DNA of 61,953 bases, counting the filler. It is 5 parts of 5 records of this genome, joined end to end, with 100 filler letters (N's around TTAATTAATTAA, not from the genome) between each part and the next. Parts side by side here need not be neighbours in the genome. Positions count along the whole stretch, not along the records: positions 10,693 to 18,931 come from SRR31156797_10697; positions 19,032 to 24,343 come from SRR31156797_10704; positions 24,444 to 55,393 come from SRR31156797_10705; 2 more parts are not named here. One strand, written 5' to 3'. The position numbers and the translations under genes were made by a program. The notes beneath the pieces were generated by a model, which was given only the letters and a program-made list of their open reading frames with translations, was not told the origin of the DNA and made no database searches. Of the stretch, positions 18,216 through 28,438 are shown piece after piece (position 1 is the first letter of the stretch; every line of letters starts with the position of its first letter).

Positions 18216-18931
18216 ATGAATAGAAACCGGCAAAAATATTATCCAACAATTCTTCAGGCAATTCATTTGCTTATCCTCTATATTTTTGTTCAAACTGTAG
18301 TGGACTTTCCGCTGGCTTTAATCGATTATTACCGCGATACAAATTATTTATATCACCCGGTAAAAAAAGTAGTTCTCGGTATTGGCTCTACATTGTTTAT
18401 TCTGGTTTATGGATTCAGGAAATCGAAAGCACCGCTTTTTAATGTTTTCCCGATAAAATTCTTTAATCCCCTTATTCTAATTCCCATTGTAACTTTCTTT
18501 TGGGGAATGCAAAACATCCTCACCGATGTGAATGCCTGGGTTGAAAAAGTACTTCCTGCCCCGGTTTGGTTTTGGGAAATGTTCGATAAAATTTTTGACA
18601 GCGATTTTGGATGGTGGGGCGCATTTATGAAAGTAGCAGTAATTGCACCAGTGGTCGAGGAATTAATATTCAGAGGAATTATATTGCAAGGTTTACGACG
18701 AAATTACAGCGCATTTACGGCTGTTTTTGTCTCGGCATTATTATTTTCCCTGTTTCATCTTAATCCGTGGCAAATGCCGGCTACATTTGTTCTTGGGCTA
18801 TTGCTGGGATGGATAGTTTTACAAACAAAAAACATTATTCTTTCAATATTAGGGCATTCTATAAATAATTTACTGGTGCTGCTAACCATTACTTATTGGG
18901 ATGAAATAAATTCGCATGCCATTTATTTAAT
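18216..18931 (+). CDS. CPBP (CAAX/Abi) intramembrane metalloprotease (3' partial)
   Basis: APVVEELIFRG, FSLFH and HSINN motifs. Confidence 0.92.
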
Positions 18932-19031
18932 NNNNNNNNNNNNNNNNNNNNNNNNNNNNNNNNNNNNNNNNNNNNTTAATTAATTAANNNNNNNNNNNNN
19001 NNNNNNNNNNNNNNNNNNNNNNNNNNNNNNN
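18932..19031. other. Artificial contig spacer
   Basis: Ns around TTAATTAATTAA. Confidence 0.98.
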
Positions 19032-19335
19032 TTCTTTTTAATACATCACTTCGCTAAAAACTTTTAAAGCACGGGATGTTTAAGATCGTGGCTGTATAAG
19101 AAACGAATTAAAATTTATATATTTGAGATAATATATGCTCAAAATAGATTGAGTAAGAATTTGGAGATTTTTCAAGACTTTTATTTTTTTGTTCATCAAT
19201 CTTCATGACAAATAGAGCTATTTTTATGTATACTTTTTTCAATTGATTTATTGATTTTTTATAAAAATAGTGATAAAATAGAAATGAGACTTAACTCAAA
19301 ATTGACTTAAGTGTCTACATATTAGGGGGATTTTT

Positions 19336-20085
19336 ATGAAGGCAGTATACATAACCAATAAAGGACTAACAAGAGACCAAAATGAAGATAGTATGTTAAT
19401 CGATAGATTAGTATATAACTGTATAGATATGGAAGAGGTCAAAGAGCTGGATGTTGACAATGGATATAAACATTTTTTTATCGCTGATGGACTTGGAGGC
19501 GAGGAAAAAGGAGAAGTTGCAAGTGGAATGGTACTAAAGCATCTTGCTGATAAGGATTTTGAGTCTAAAATTGAACTAGCATCAGAAATAAAAGTAGTAA
19601 AAAATCAGATGGAATCTTACAGTCAAGAGAACGAAAATATAATGCTTGGAACAACTGTTGCAGGAGTAGTGATTAAAGATAAAAATGCTTTTGCGCTAAA
19701 CATTGGAGATACAAGAATCTACAATATTTCTAACAACTCTATATCACAACTTTCTGTTGATCATACTTTAGCCAGCGAAGAAGTAAAAAAAGGCAGACTC
19801 GCACCAAACAGATTAAGACATCATCCTATGCGAAATTTTCTGACATCGTCAATTAATGGTAGCACAGGACTAGGCGCAATTAAGATGAGCTCAACAAAAG
19901 TTGAATTTAATGAGAATGACATAATATTAATTTTAAGCGACGGAGTCTGGGAACAGTTTGAAAACTATGAGTTGTTTGGTATTTTTCATACAATACATGA
20001 TCTGAAAGAAGCTGTAGCTAAACTATATAATGAAGCACTTGAAAATTCGAAAGATAATCTATCAATAATTGCAATTAAAAAATAA
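19336..20085 (+). CDS. PP2C-family Ser/Thr protein phosphatase
   Basis: RDQNED, IADGLGG, GTT, NIGDTR, DHT, LSDGV and DNLS motifs. Confidence 0.93.
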   Translation: MKAVYITNKGLTRDQNEDSMLIDRLVYNCIDMEEVKELDVDNGYKHFFIADGLGGEEKGEVASGMVLKHLADKDFESKIELASEIKVVKNQMESYSQENENIMLGTTVAGVVIKDKNAFALNIGDTRIYNISNNSISQLSVDHTLASEEVKKGRLAPNRLRHHPMRNFLTSSINGSTGLGAIKMSSTKVEFNENDIILILSDGVWEQFENYELFGIFHTIHDLKEAVAKLYNEALENSKDNLSIIAIKK

Positions 20086-20100
20086 TAACTATAAATTAAG

Positions 20101-20130
20101 AAAAGAACTCAAATTTATGGGTTCTTTTTA
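20101..20130 (+). terminator. Rho-independent terminator
   Basis: AAAAGAACTCA...TGGGTTCTTTTT hairpin after the PP2C stop codon. Confidence 0.7.
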
Positions 20131-20240
20131 TAATTTTTTATTATTATTTCTGTGATAACTTATAAAAAAACAAATTATTGTGAATTGGGAATGCTTATGA
20201 TAAAATAGTAGGTATATTATCAATAGAAAGGAGAGGATAG

Positions 20241-20495
20241 ATGAAATTTACTTTGAGAAGTTTTTTTGTGTTTCTACTGGCGTTTTTAGTAGGTACATTT
20301 GGTTCAGGGCTTATTAGAAATTATCGAAAAATGAAAAAAGGCGAAGGTGTTGAAAAAAATATATATGGAGGGATACTAGGTTATTTCTTCAAAGATCAGG
20401 TAAGTGATGATATTTATATTAATAGAAGAAAATCAAATGGTGCAGTTACGAGAACTAAATCAAATAGAAAAAAGAACAAAAAGAAGAAAAAATAA
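20241..20495 (+). CDS. Small membrane-anchored protein with Lys-rich tail
   Basis: 84 aa, strong RBS (AAAGGAGAGG), N-terminal hydrophobic helix and a downstream terminator. Confidence 0.75.
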   Translation: MKFTLRSFFVFLLAFLVGTFGSGLIRNYRKMKKGEGVEKNIYGGILGYFFKDQVSDDIYINRRKSNGAVTRTKSNRKKNKKKKK

Positions 20496-20515
20496 TTAGA
20501 GGAGAAATCCTCCTA

Positions 20516-20545
20516 GCCCTCTTTGCTAAAAGAGGGCATTTTTTT
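20516..20545 (+). terminator. Rho-independent terminator
   Basis: GCCCTCTTT-GCTA-AAAGAGGGC followed by A and T7. Confidence 0.85.
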
Positions 20546-21515
20546 ATTCGTAATATACAAATGCATCAATAATATCAAGATAGACTCCGTCAAACTCTGC
20601 ATTTTTAATTTTACTCAAATATGAATTTTTATTACCAAATATTATATTCTGCCATTCGTTATTCCAGTATTTAACTTTATAATTGCCTTTCCAATTAGGG
20701 TTCTCACTATCAAGCCAAACAGGTTTATTTAATAGCCATTTTGAATTCCAATAATACCTGTAGTTTTCAGCTTCTCCTATGGACATGTAGCAGATAACAA
20801 GCCTCTTTCCACCATTTGCTTTAGTTTTTAATCTATTAATCTCAGAAATAGAGAATTCTGATCCGTCATTGAAAAACAGGTCAATTATTATCAGATCATA
20901 ATTTGTATTTGAGATATTATTTATGAGCTCAATTTTGCTTAAATAATTCTCAAAATTAATCAGATATAAAAAATTAGAAATTTCATCTAAACTATTAATA
21001 TCATTAGGATTTTCATTATTAACAGGATGGTCGGGAATGGTGTTTAAATCTCTTTCCGGTGCTGCAAATGAGATATAATTGATATTTTTATTCTCTAAAT
21101 AAGAATGCTTTATATTTGATTCCGTAGAACAATAGTCTGTAACGAGTATCGTATTAGTAAACTCCTTTGAAATGTTTAAGTATTTTTTCAAATAATTGCT
21201 GTCTTTATCAGAACTTGCACGATTCTCTTGCTCATATCCATAAAACAAATCTTCTTGTCCGTTTCCGTCTATTGCATTTAAATATTCGATATGTGGATTT
21301 AGCTTTTTATCTTTTGCAACTAATTCAATTCCATTTTGTGGAATGATAATGAAATCAGGATTATCAAATTTAGCAGATTCACTAATTGATATTACAAAAC
21401 TTCTCATCTTCTCACGATAATCAATCTCTTGAAAATCTGATTCATTATTTATATTAGTTGATGAAAAACAAGATGTTAATATTAGAATTATGGGAATAAA
21501 AGACAAATATCGCAT
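20544..21515 (-). CDS. GH114/TM1410-like (endo-alpha-1,4-polygalactosaminidase-like) lipoprotein, apparently circularly permuted
   Basis: Lipobox LTSC. FIIIPQNG and IDGNGQEDLFY precede CYMSIGEAENYRYYW, ENPNWKGNYKVKYW and FDGVYLDIIDAF. Confidence 0.85.
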   Translation of the reverse strand: MRYLSFIPIILILTSCFSSTNINNESDFQEIDYREKMRSFVISISESAKFDNPDFIIIPQNGIELVAKDKKLNPHIEYLNAIDGNGQEDLFYGYEQENRASSDKDSNYLKKYLNISKEFTNTILVTDYCSTESNIKHSYLENKNINYISFAAPERDLNTIPDHPVNNENPNDINSLDEISNFLYLINFENYLSKIELINNISNTNYDLIIIDLFFNDGSEFSISEINRLKTKANGGKRLVICYMSIGEAENYRYYWNSKWLLNKPVWLDSENPNWKGNYKVKYWNNEWQNIIFGNKNSYLSKIKNAEFDGVYLDIIDAFVYYE

Positions 21516-21533
21516 AACTTCACCTCTCGTTAA

Positions 21534-24272
21534 TTAAAAATCAAAAACTCCGTTCCAATTCTCAGGAAGCTTTTCATTCAGTAATTTTTTACATCTCTCA
21601 ATATATATTTGTGAGACTTTATCAATTTGTTGAGCATTTAACCTCTCAAATTTTATTAGTGCATCATGAAACTCTTTGTTAAAATAGAGTTTTATGGCTT
21701 CTTCAAAATTTATTACCCAGTCATTTTCAAGTTTATCTCTGGTAATTACTTCATAAATAGTTGTAACCTCACTTCGACCTCTTGCTACAACTCTGTCAAT
21801 AGTCCTGATTTTAAAATTATCACTATCAATAATATCTTTAGTTTCATCTGTTATTAATATTTCTGCACCATATAATTTAGTCATTCCTTCAGTTCGTGAA
21901 GCAAGATTTACATTATCAGAGATAACGGTAACATTATATCTATTCTCTTCCCCGACTATACCTAACATCACGTCGCCGGTATGAAGTCCGATACCGATTC
22001 GCACTCTGTTTAGGCCTCTGATTTCTCGTTCAATATTAAATTTATCCAAATTTTCGATCATTTGAATAGAAGCATTTATAACTGAGTTATCATTAGCATA
22101 AAAGAGAGCCATAATGGCATCACCTATGAATTTATCGATGAAACCTTTATTATTATGAATAGATGGAGCCATATTACTGAGATATTCATTGATAAAGTCG
22201 AAATTCTCCTGCGCAGTCATCTTCTCGGAAATAGTCGTAAATGACCTGATATCACAGAATAAAATTGTCATTTTTTTCTTAACCTGAATACCAAGCTCCA
22301 GATCACGAATATCATCTTTGTCCAAAATATCTAAAAACTCCTTAGGAACAAATTTTCCCTGTGCGTAGATATATCTGTTAATATGCTCAGTCATTTGATT
22401 GAAATTTCTCCCCAGTTCACCAATTTCATCACTGGTTTTAATATTCGCTTTTGTATCAAAATTACCCTCGGTAATATTTTTCGTTACAGCTGTAAGCTGC
22501 CTAACCGGTTTCATCAAATTATAGGATAAAACAACTAAAATAACTACATGAACAACAAATATAACAGCAATATTTCCCACAAGCTCCCATATATAATCCA
22601 GAGTTTGATTCATAATAACGAAACCATCAGTATATATCCCAAATATCGCAACTGTTTTATCGTCGGAATCCTTAATAGGATAAATAGAGATTGCTAATTC
22701 TCCTAATTGACTGGCGTGAAAGAAGGTATTAGATTCCCCGTCACGCATTGTTTTCAGATATTTTTCATTGAGTTTAGCAATGGGATTAAGTAAAAATCTA
22801 TTCTCCTCTAATCCTACAAAATAGAGATCCTGTCCATGAATGATATGAAAGACCGGTATCATATTCTCATTCCAAGCCGAGTGAGAAGGGCTCATCATAT
22901 TCAGTACAGTTTCCCGTAAATTACTATAAGCTTCAATGTTATCAGAATTAATTTTCTTTATTTTATAGTCATCTTTATCTTTTGAATAATAGCTCTCGCC
23001 AAAGATCATTTCTATAGAATCACCGTCAATTTGCTCAGCTATAGTTTGGCTAATGCTCATTAGATTTCGGGTAAACATCTCTTCAAAGTTTTTTGCATCT
23101 TGAAAAAATGTTCTCAATGTGATCTGAACAACCAAAAGAATTGTTAAAGGAAAAATAACTGCTAGAATTTTGAAAAACAGCCATACTTTCTTTTGAAAAA
23201 TATTGATATATAGATGTTTTATTAAAATAACTAGTGAAATTAAACATAGAAGCAAACTAATAAGTAATCGATTTCTACTCAGCTTTTGTATAATACTAAG
23301 ATGCCCTTCAGCAAACATACTTTTCACTTCAAAATCATGAGTTAAAGTATAGATACGGTTATTATTATAATTAACTGTTGTGATATCTCCAGCTTCATTT
23401 ACACTTAACTCTCTAAAAAATACCTGATCTTTGTTGAAACCACGCTTTACAACACTATCTCTATCAGCAAACAAAATGACTTCACCATTTTCAATATAAT
23501 AAACAGCAGTTTTTGTTTGATTGATTAAATAGATTCTATTTGAGTGCTCTCCGCTAATCTCTCCGGAGTTTAAACCGTATCTGTTGAGATTTGCTATTTC
23601 GTTTATTAGCTCAGTGGCATAATCTATTTCATAAATTTTATTATCATCCAGGGTAAATATAACTTTATTCTCTAAAATCAGAAAAGAGTTCATTGATTTA
23701 AGTTCATCTTGGTTTATTCGAAATAACACTGTTTTATCAACAGGATTATTATAATTAACTTTTATAAGAGTTGCTTCTTTTTCATCTTTTGAGCTCTCGA
23801 TATAATAGATATAATCATTAATAATATTGTGAACTTGGGCCTGTTTATTCGAAAATTCAGTGATAGATAACTTTTTGATTAACTCACCCATCTCATTATA
23901 AGCTAAAATCTCGGTTGGGATTTTCATTACCTGCATCAATGCATCAGCATAATTTGGCACAAATAGAGTTTTACTTTTTTCATTAAAATAAAGGTTCCCT
24001 GTATAGAAAAAATCTGATACTTTTGTCCCGCCATTTATTGAAAATATTACATGACTATCTTTATCGAGTTTGACAACTCTTTTGTAAAAATTATCAATAA
24101 AATAAGTATTGCCATAAGTATCTGTTATTGCTCTATATGGATAGATGAATTTTAATTTTTTCGAGTATAATTTTGGATCAATTCGAAGTAACATTACTGT
24201 GTGAACTCCGGAGGCAAAAAATATCAAAATGAGTATGATTAAAGCCAAATATTTTTTTCGTTTAAAATTCAT
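21534..24272 (-). CDS. Membrane-bound class III adenylate/guanylate cyclase with HAMP and extracytoplasmic sensor domains
   Basis: FCDIRSFT, DKFIGDAIM, GIGLHTG and VISDNVNLASR motifs, with a HAMP segment DEIGELGRNFNQM. The ATG at 24272 follows AAAGGAGAG. Confidence 0.92.
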   Translation of the reverse strand: MNFKRKKYLALIILILIFFASGVHTVMLLRIDPKLYSKKLKFIYPYRAITDTYGNTYFIDNFYKRVVKLDKDSHVIFSINGGTKVSDFFYTGNLYFNEKSKTLFVPNYADALMQVMKIPTEILAYNEMGELIKKLSITEFSNKQAQVHNIINDYIYYIESSKDEKEATLIKVNYNNPVDKTVLFRINQDELKSMNSFLILENKVIFTLDDNKIYEIDYATELINEIANLNRYGLNSGEISGEHSNRIYLINQTKTAVYYIENGEVILFADRDSVVKRGFNKDQVFFRELSVNEAGDITTVNYNNNRIYTLTHDFEVKSMFAEGHLSIIQKLSRNRLLISLLLCLISLVILIKHLYINIFQKKVWLFFKILAVIFPLTILLVVQITLRTFFQDAKNFEEMFTRNLMSISQTIAEQIDGDSIEMIFGESYYSKDKDDYKIKKINSDNIEAYSNLRETVLNMMSPSHSAWNENMIPVFHIIHGQDLYFVGLEENRFLLNPIAKLNEKYLKTMRDGESNTFFHASQLGELAISIYPIKDSDDKTVAIFGIYTDGFVIMNQTLDYIWELVGNIAVIFVVHVVILVVLSYNLMKPVRQLTAVTKNITEGNFDTKANIKTSDEIGELGRNFNQMTEHINRYIYAQGKFVPKEFLDILDKDDIRDLELGIQVKKKMTILFCDIRSFTTISEKMTAQENFDFINEYLSNMAPSIHNNKGFIDKFIGDAIMALFYANDNSVINASIQMIENLDKFNIEREIRGLNRVRIGIGLHTGDVMLGIVGEENRYNVTVISDNVNLASRTEGMTKLYGAEILITDETKDIIDSDNFKIRTIDRVVARGRSEVTTIYEVITRDKLENDWVINFEEAIKLYFNKEFHDALIKFERLNAQQIDKVSQIYIERCKKLLNEKLPENWNGVFDF

Positions 24273-24343
24273 AATACTCTCCTTTGACTGTGCTTGACAT
24301 TTTTTCAAGCAACTTAATCGCGATTGAGTTTAATTCTCCGCCC

Positions 24344-24443
24344 NNNNNNNNNNNNNNNNNNNNNNNNNNNNNNNNNNNNNNNNNNNNTTAATTAATTAAN
24401 NNNNNNNNNNNNNNNNNNNNNNNNNNNNNNNNNNNNNNNNNNN
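24344..24443. other. Artificial contig spacer
   Basis: Ns around TTAATTAATTAA. Confidence 0.98.
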
Positions 24444-24551
24444 GGTTTACGTATGACCAATACGCTGCACCAGCTGCTTGCGAAAATCCCCGGCACCCCG
24501 CAACCAGTTACAAATACGGAGTTTGACGACCTAAGTCGCTTACCCTTTTAG
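24444..24551 (+). CDS. Probable 3' end of an unidentified gene
   Basis: The frame is open from the contig edge: GLRMTNTLHQLLAKIPGTPQPVTNTEFDDLSRLPF*. Confidence 0.45.
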   Translation, partial: GLRMTNTLHQLLAKIPGTPQPVTNTEFDDLSRLPF

Positions 24552-24600
24552 TAGTTAGAGCGAAAGAGTAGAACAGAAAAATTTCCATGGGGAAAATGCA

Positions 24601-26328
24601 ATGAATAAACGAGTTGGGATAATCCTGGTTGTGGTTGTAGTCGCGGTCGTAGCAGCAGCCGGATTTTACTATTTAAATGTTTCTAAAAAAGAGGATGCTG
24701 GTTCTTACGCAGCCTTTTTGCCGCAGGATACACTGGCCACAGTGAGCCTCACCCATTTGAAAAAGATCAGCGATACTTTTGCGGATTCCCCCCTCGGGCA
24801 TCTTCTTACCAAAGAAACCATGGGCGGGATTCTGGCCGAACTCCAGGTGGAAGCTCAAGCTGTTGCTTCCTATAATAAGACGTATGACGATATGGTGGAG
24901 TTGATGAACAACCCTGCCTTTCTTTCTGTCTTTGGAGATGATACTGCTTTGGCTGTCATTTCCCCAGACCTTGTTCGCTTAAAGGGAGATCCGCAAAGCG
25001 AAATTGAACGTTCTTTGGTTGTTTTTGCAACAACAGCAGTATCTGGTGCACTGGAATCATTTGCAAAGCTTATAATGAGTGACACCGTCACTACAGAGGT
25101 GGTCGACAATGTCACCTTGACAAAAATAAAGGTGGATGAAGGGGAATTTATTTACGGGGCCGCCGCAAAAGGAACGGTCTTGCTTTCTTATGCTCCTCAA
25201 ACCATTGTTGCTTGCCTGGCAGCTGAGGCATCTGATGCAACACTGGAAAATACAGCATCCTTCCTGGCAGCAAAGGCGTATTGGCAAAGTATTGGAGCTG
25301 AGACTGTTTACAGCAGGATGTTTGTCAACAGTGATGCACTTAGAGGCCTATTGGCAGGGGCTGAAGAGAGTGAAGTCAGTTCTGCCGCCCAATACCTGGA
25401 AGGTATAACATATTTTTCATCATTGACCTATCAACTGGGAGAAGACCTTCGTAGTGACAGTCGGGCAGGGTTTGAACCAGGAATGGTGCACCCTGCACTG
25501 CAGGCTGCTCTTGAAGAACAAGCTGCAGCTAATACATCGCTGAATCTGCTGAACGAGAATACACTTATCTATGATTGGTCCTCTTCACTTTCTGCAGAGG
25601 TGATGCTGCACTCATTTGCTTCTGGAGATGAGCAGGCATTTGCCGAGCTGGACAATGTTGTCCAGCAGGAGCTGGGCCTGTCGCTTGAACAGCTTCTGCA
25701 GGCCATTGGTCCTCAATATGGTTTTTTATTCAACCAAATAGTGAACAGCGGGTTTTTCCCGGTCCCCAAGGTCGTTGCCTTTGTGGAGGTGCGTGACAGT
25801 GATCAGGCAACTGCAGTTTTTAATAGTATACGAGAAAAAATTAACCAAACCGGTTTTGCAGAAGAACAACAAGTGGAAGCGGACGGACAAACGATTTTTT
25901 ACTGGTCTGTCCTGCCGGGTGAAGCTACCCAGTTGGCCATGGTTCTTACTCCAACCATGTTATATGCTGCCAATGGTAAGTCTGTCCTGGTAGATATGTT
26001 ACGCCAGCGCGCTGAGTTAACCAAGATTGGGGCACCGGCAGCAGCATCGCTGGGGGATGATTTAAAGGGTCAGATTGAAGCTGCTGGTCTGGGTACATTT
26101 GTTGTTTACCCTGCCCGGCTTGGCAATGAGCTGCAGGATGTTGCAGGATGGCTTTTTTCTACTCTGGCAGCTACCCAGGGCGTGTCTGCATCCAGACTTG
26201 GTGAGGAAATCATCAACATGATGCTTGCTTATGAGGTGGTGGCAATGACCACCAAGCTGAGCCCGGAACATGGGGACTGGCACTGTACCTTAAAAAGGCG
26301 GAAGCAAGTTGCTGCAGCAACAAATTGA
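24601..26328 (+). CDS. Membrane-anchored periplasmic protein, DUF3352-like
   Basis: N-terminal transmembrane helix, AAFLPQDTLATVS start of domain, and an internally duplicated architecture. Confidence 0.65.
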   Translation: MNKRVGIILVVVVVAVVAAAGFYYLNVSKKEDAGSYAAFLPQDTLATVSLTHLKKISDTFADSPLGHLLTKETMGGILAELQVEAQAVASYNKTYDDMVELMNNPAFLSVFGDDTALAVISPDLVRLKGDPQSEIERSLVVFATTAVSGALESFAKLIMSDTVTTEVVDNVTLTKIKVDEGEFIYGAAAKGTVLLSYAPQTIVACLAAEASDATLENTASFLAAKAYWQSIGAETVYSRMFVNSDALRGLLAGAEESEVSSAAQYLEGITYFSSLTYQLGEDLRSDSRAGFEPGMVHPALQAALEEQAAANTSLNLLNENTLIYDWSSSLSAEVMLHSFASGDEQAFAELDNVVQQELGLSLEQLLQAIGPQYGFLFNQIVNSGFFPVPKVVAFVEVRDSDQATAVFNSIREKINQTGFAEEQQVEADGQTIFYWSVLPGEATQLAMVLTPTMLYAANGKSVLVDMLRQRAELTKIGAPAAASLGDDLKGQIEAAGLGTFVVYPARLGNELQDVAGWLFSTLAATQGVSASRLGEEIINMMLAYEVVAMTTKLSPEHGDWHCTLKRRKQVAAATN

Positions 26329-26626
26329 AGCTGTTTGCAGCGTAAATTGAAAACAAAGCAGTGGTCGTTGGGTGAGGTGGAAAAAGCTCTTGCCTAACCG
26401 GTTGATTTCAGGGTATTGATGCTTTTTTGTTGCGTTGCAGGGCATTGTTCGGCAGCAAGAATACTCTTCAGATTAGAAAATGGATACTGGTCAAGAGAGT
26501 AGAGTTGTATCCTTTTTCAATGAGGCTTTGCAGGGCAACCAAGAGACCTGCGGTCAGCGTTTTAACCTGAACCCTTAATTATGACTGGCAGTTTAACCAG
26601 TTTTAAGGGGCATGAAAGGAGGAAAT

Positions 26627-28438
26627 GTGGTTTTTGATAGCGAAACAAAACAATGGCTTTCCGGAAATGAAGCGATAGCTCAAGGAGCGTGGGAAGCCGG
26701 TATTACAGTTGCGTCCGGTTATCCCGGGACGCCTTCCACCGAGATAATGGGTAACTTTGCCCGTTATGACGGCGTTTATGCAGAGTGGGCTCCCAATGAA
26801 AAGGTTGGGCTGGAAGTGGCTATTGGTGCCTCTTTTGCAGGTGCGCGTGCCCTTGCAACTATGAAACACGTTGGGGTAAACGTAGCTGCTGATCCTTTAT
26901 TTACAGCATCGTATACTGGTGTTCGGGGCGGACTGGTCGTACTCACCGCTGATGATCCTGAAATGCACAGTTCGCAAAACGAGCAGGATAATCGGAACTA
27001 TGCCTTTGCCGCTAAGTTGCCGATGTTGGAGCCCTCAGACCCTGCCGAGGCCAAAGCCATGGTCGGGCGTGCAGTTGAACTGAGTGAACAGCTCGATACT
27101 CCTGTTATGCTTCGTATCACCACCAGGATTGCGCATGTGAAAGGGGTGGTGGAAAAGGGAGAGCAGGGACCTGTTCCCGAGCCTTCCATTGAAAAGGTTC
27201 CTGCCAAACTGGTGATGCTGCCTGGTAATGCCAGAGTACGTCGGCGTGAGGTGGAAAAGCGGATGGCTGTTGCCCGCGAGATGGCAGAGACTCTGCCGGA
27301 AAACCGAATTGAAGAAGGTACCGGTCAAAGAGGATTTATTGCTGCTGGAACCTCCTATAATTATGTTAAGGAAGCCTTTCCCGATGCACCGGTCCTGAAG
27401 CTTGGTATGGTATGGCCGCTGCCGGAAAAAATGATTCGTACCTTTGCTGATTCGGTTGAAGAACTGATTATTGTAGAGGAACTTGATCCGTTTTTAGAAT
27501 TACACATTAAATCCATGGGCATTGACTGTCATGGTGAAGATATAATCCCCAGCCAGGGGGAATTGAATTCTTTTATTGTCAAGACTGCTGTTGAGCCGGA
27601 CTCGGCTCCAGAGGTGTTTGAGCCTGTGCCACTGCCCATGCGGCCACCGAACATGTGTGCCGGTTGTCCACACCGCGGCCTGTTCTATGGATTATCCAAG
27701 ATGAAAGATGTTTTTGTCTCTGGTGATATCGGCTGTTACACTCTGGGCTTTTTACCTCCACTATCCGCGATGGATGCCTGCGTCTGCATGGGGGCTTCAA
27801 TCAGTATGGCCCATGGTATGGCCAAGGCTCTCGGTGAAAAAGGAGAAGGCAAACTGGTTGCTGTTATTGGTGACTCTACCTTTATGCATTCCGGTCTTAC
27901 CGGGTTGCTGAATACAGTCTATAACGATTCGTATGCCACTGTCATTATTCTGGACAACAGAATCACTGCAATGACCGGACATCAGCAGAATCCAGCCTCT
28001 GGAAAGAGCCTCACTGGAGAACCTGCCAGCTCTATCGACTTTGAACAACTTTGTTCATCTCTGGGAGTGAAGCGGGTTACGGTAGTCAATCCCCATGATG
28101 TGGATGCTACCCGTAAGGTGTTGAAAGAGGAAATTGCTTCTCCTGAGCCATCGGTTGTTATCAGTCGTGCGCCGTGTATCTTATTGCCTGAAGAGATTAA
28201 ACGGAAGAAGCCAACCTTCTTTACCAATCTTGACAACTGCACCGGTTGTACTGCCTGTGTGCAGATGGGTTGCCCTGCTATAAGCTGGCATCCTGTTACT
28301 CCGGAAGAGGCTGTTGAACTTGGCTACAGGGAAAAACAGCGAGGGTATGCAGAAATTACCGAAGTTCAGTGTAATGGCTGTGGACAATGTGCGTGCGTAT
28401 GTAAGTTCGATGCGATCACCAGAAGGGAGGAAGTCTGA
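26627..28438 (+). CDS. iorA: Indolepyruvate:ferredoxin oxidoreductase alpha subunit
   Basis: LSGNEAIAQG, GYPGTPSTE, MKHVGVNVAAD, MCAGCPH, GDIGC and the TPP motif GDSTFMHSG, plus a C-terminal 2x[4Fe-4S] domain. The GTG at 26627 follows AAAGGAGG. Confidence 0.96.
   Translation: MVFDSETKQWLSGNEAIAQGAWEAGITVASGYPGTPSTEIMGNFARYDGVYAEWAPNEKVGLEVAIGASFAGARALATMKHVGVNVAADPLFTASYTGVRGGLVVLTADDPEMHSSQNEQDNRNYAFAAKLPMLEPSDPAEAKAMVGRAVELSEQLDTPVMLRITTRIAHVKGVVEKGEQGPVPEPSIEKVPAKLVMLPGNARVRRREVEKRMAVAREMAETLPENRIEEGTGQRGFIAAGTSYNYVKEAFPDAPVLKLGMVWPLPEKMIRTFADSVEELIIVEELDPFLELHIKSMGIDCHGEDIIPSQGELNSFIVKTAVEPDSAPEVFEPVPLPMRPPNMCAGCPHRGLFYGLSKMKDVFVSGDIGCYTLGFLPPLSAMDACVCMGASISMAHGMAKALGEKGEGKLVAVIGDSTFMHSGLTGLLNTVYNDSYATVIILDNRITAMTGHQQNPASGKSLTGEPASSIDFEQLCSSLGVKRVTVVNPHDVDATRKVLKEEIASPEPSVVISRAPCILLPEEIKRKKPTFFTNLDNCTGCTACVQMGCPAISWHPVTPEEAVELGYREKQRGYAEITEVQCNGCGQCACVCKFDAITRREEV

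Noticed and set aside
18216..18931. CPBP/Abi protein as an abortive-infection defence gene
   Set aside because: The family name is historical. The motifs indicate an ordinary intramembrane protease with no defence context.
19032..19335. Possible partial gene at the start of contig 3
   Set aside because: The two minus-strand ATG frames I translated both stop within 40 codons.
24311..24330. Near-perfect 20-bp palindrome AACTTAATCGCGATTGAGTT upstream of the cyclase
   Set aside because: It is a single instance 13 nt from a contig end. It could be an operator or a terminator, but nothing distinguishes these.
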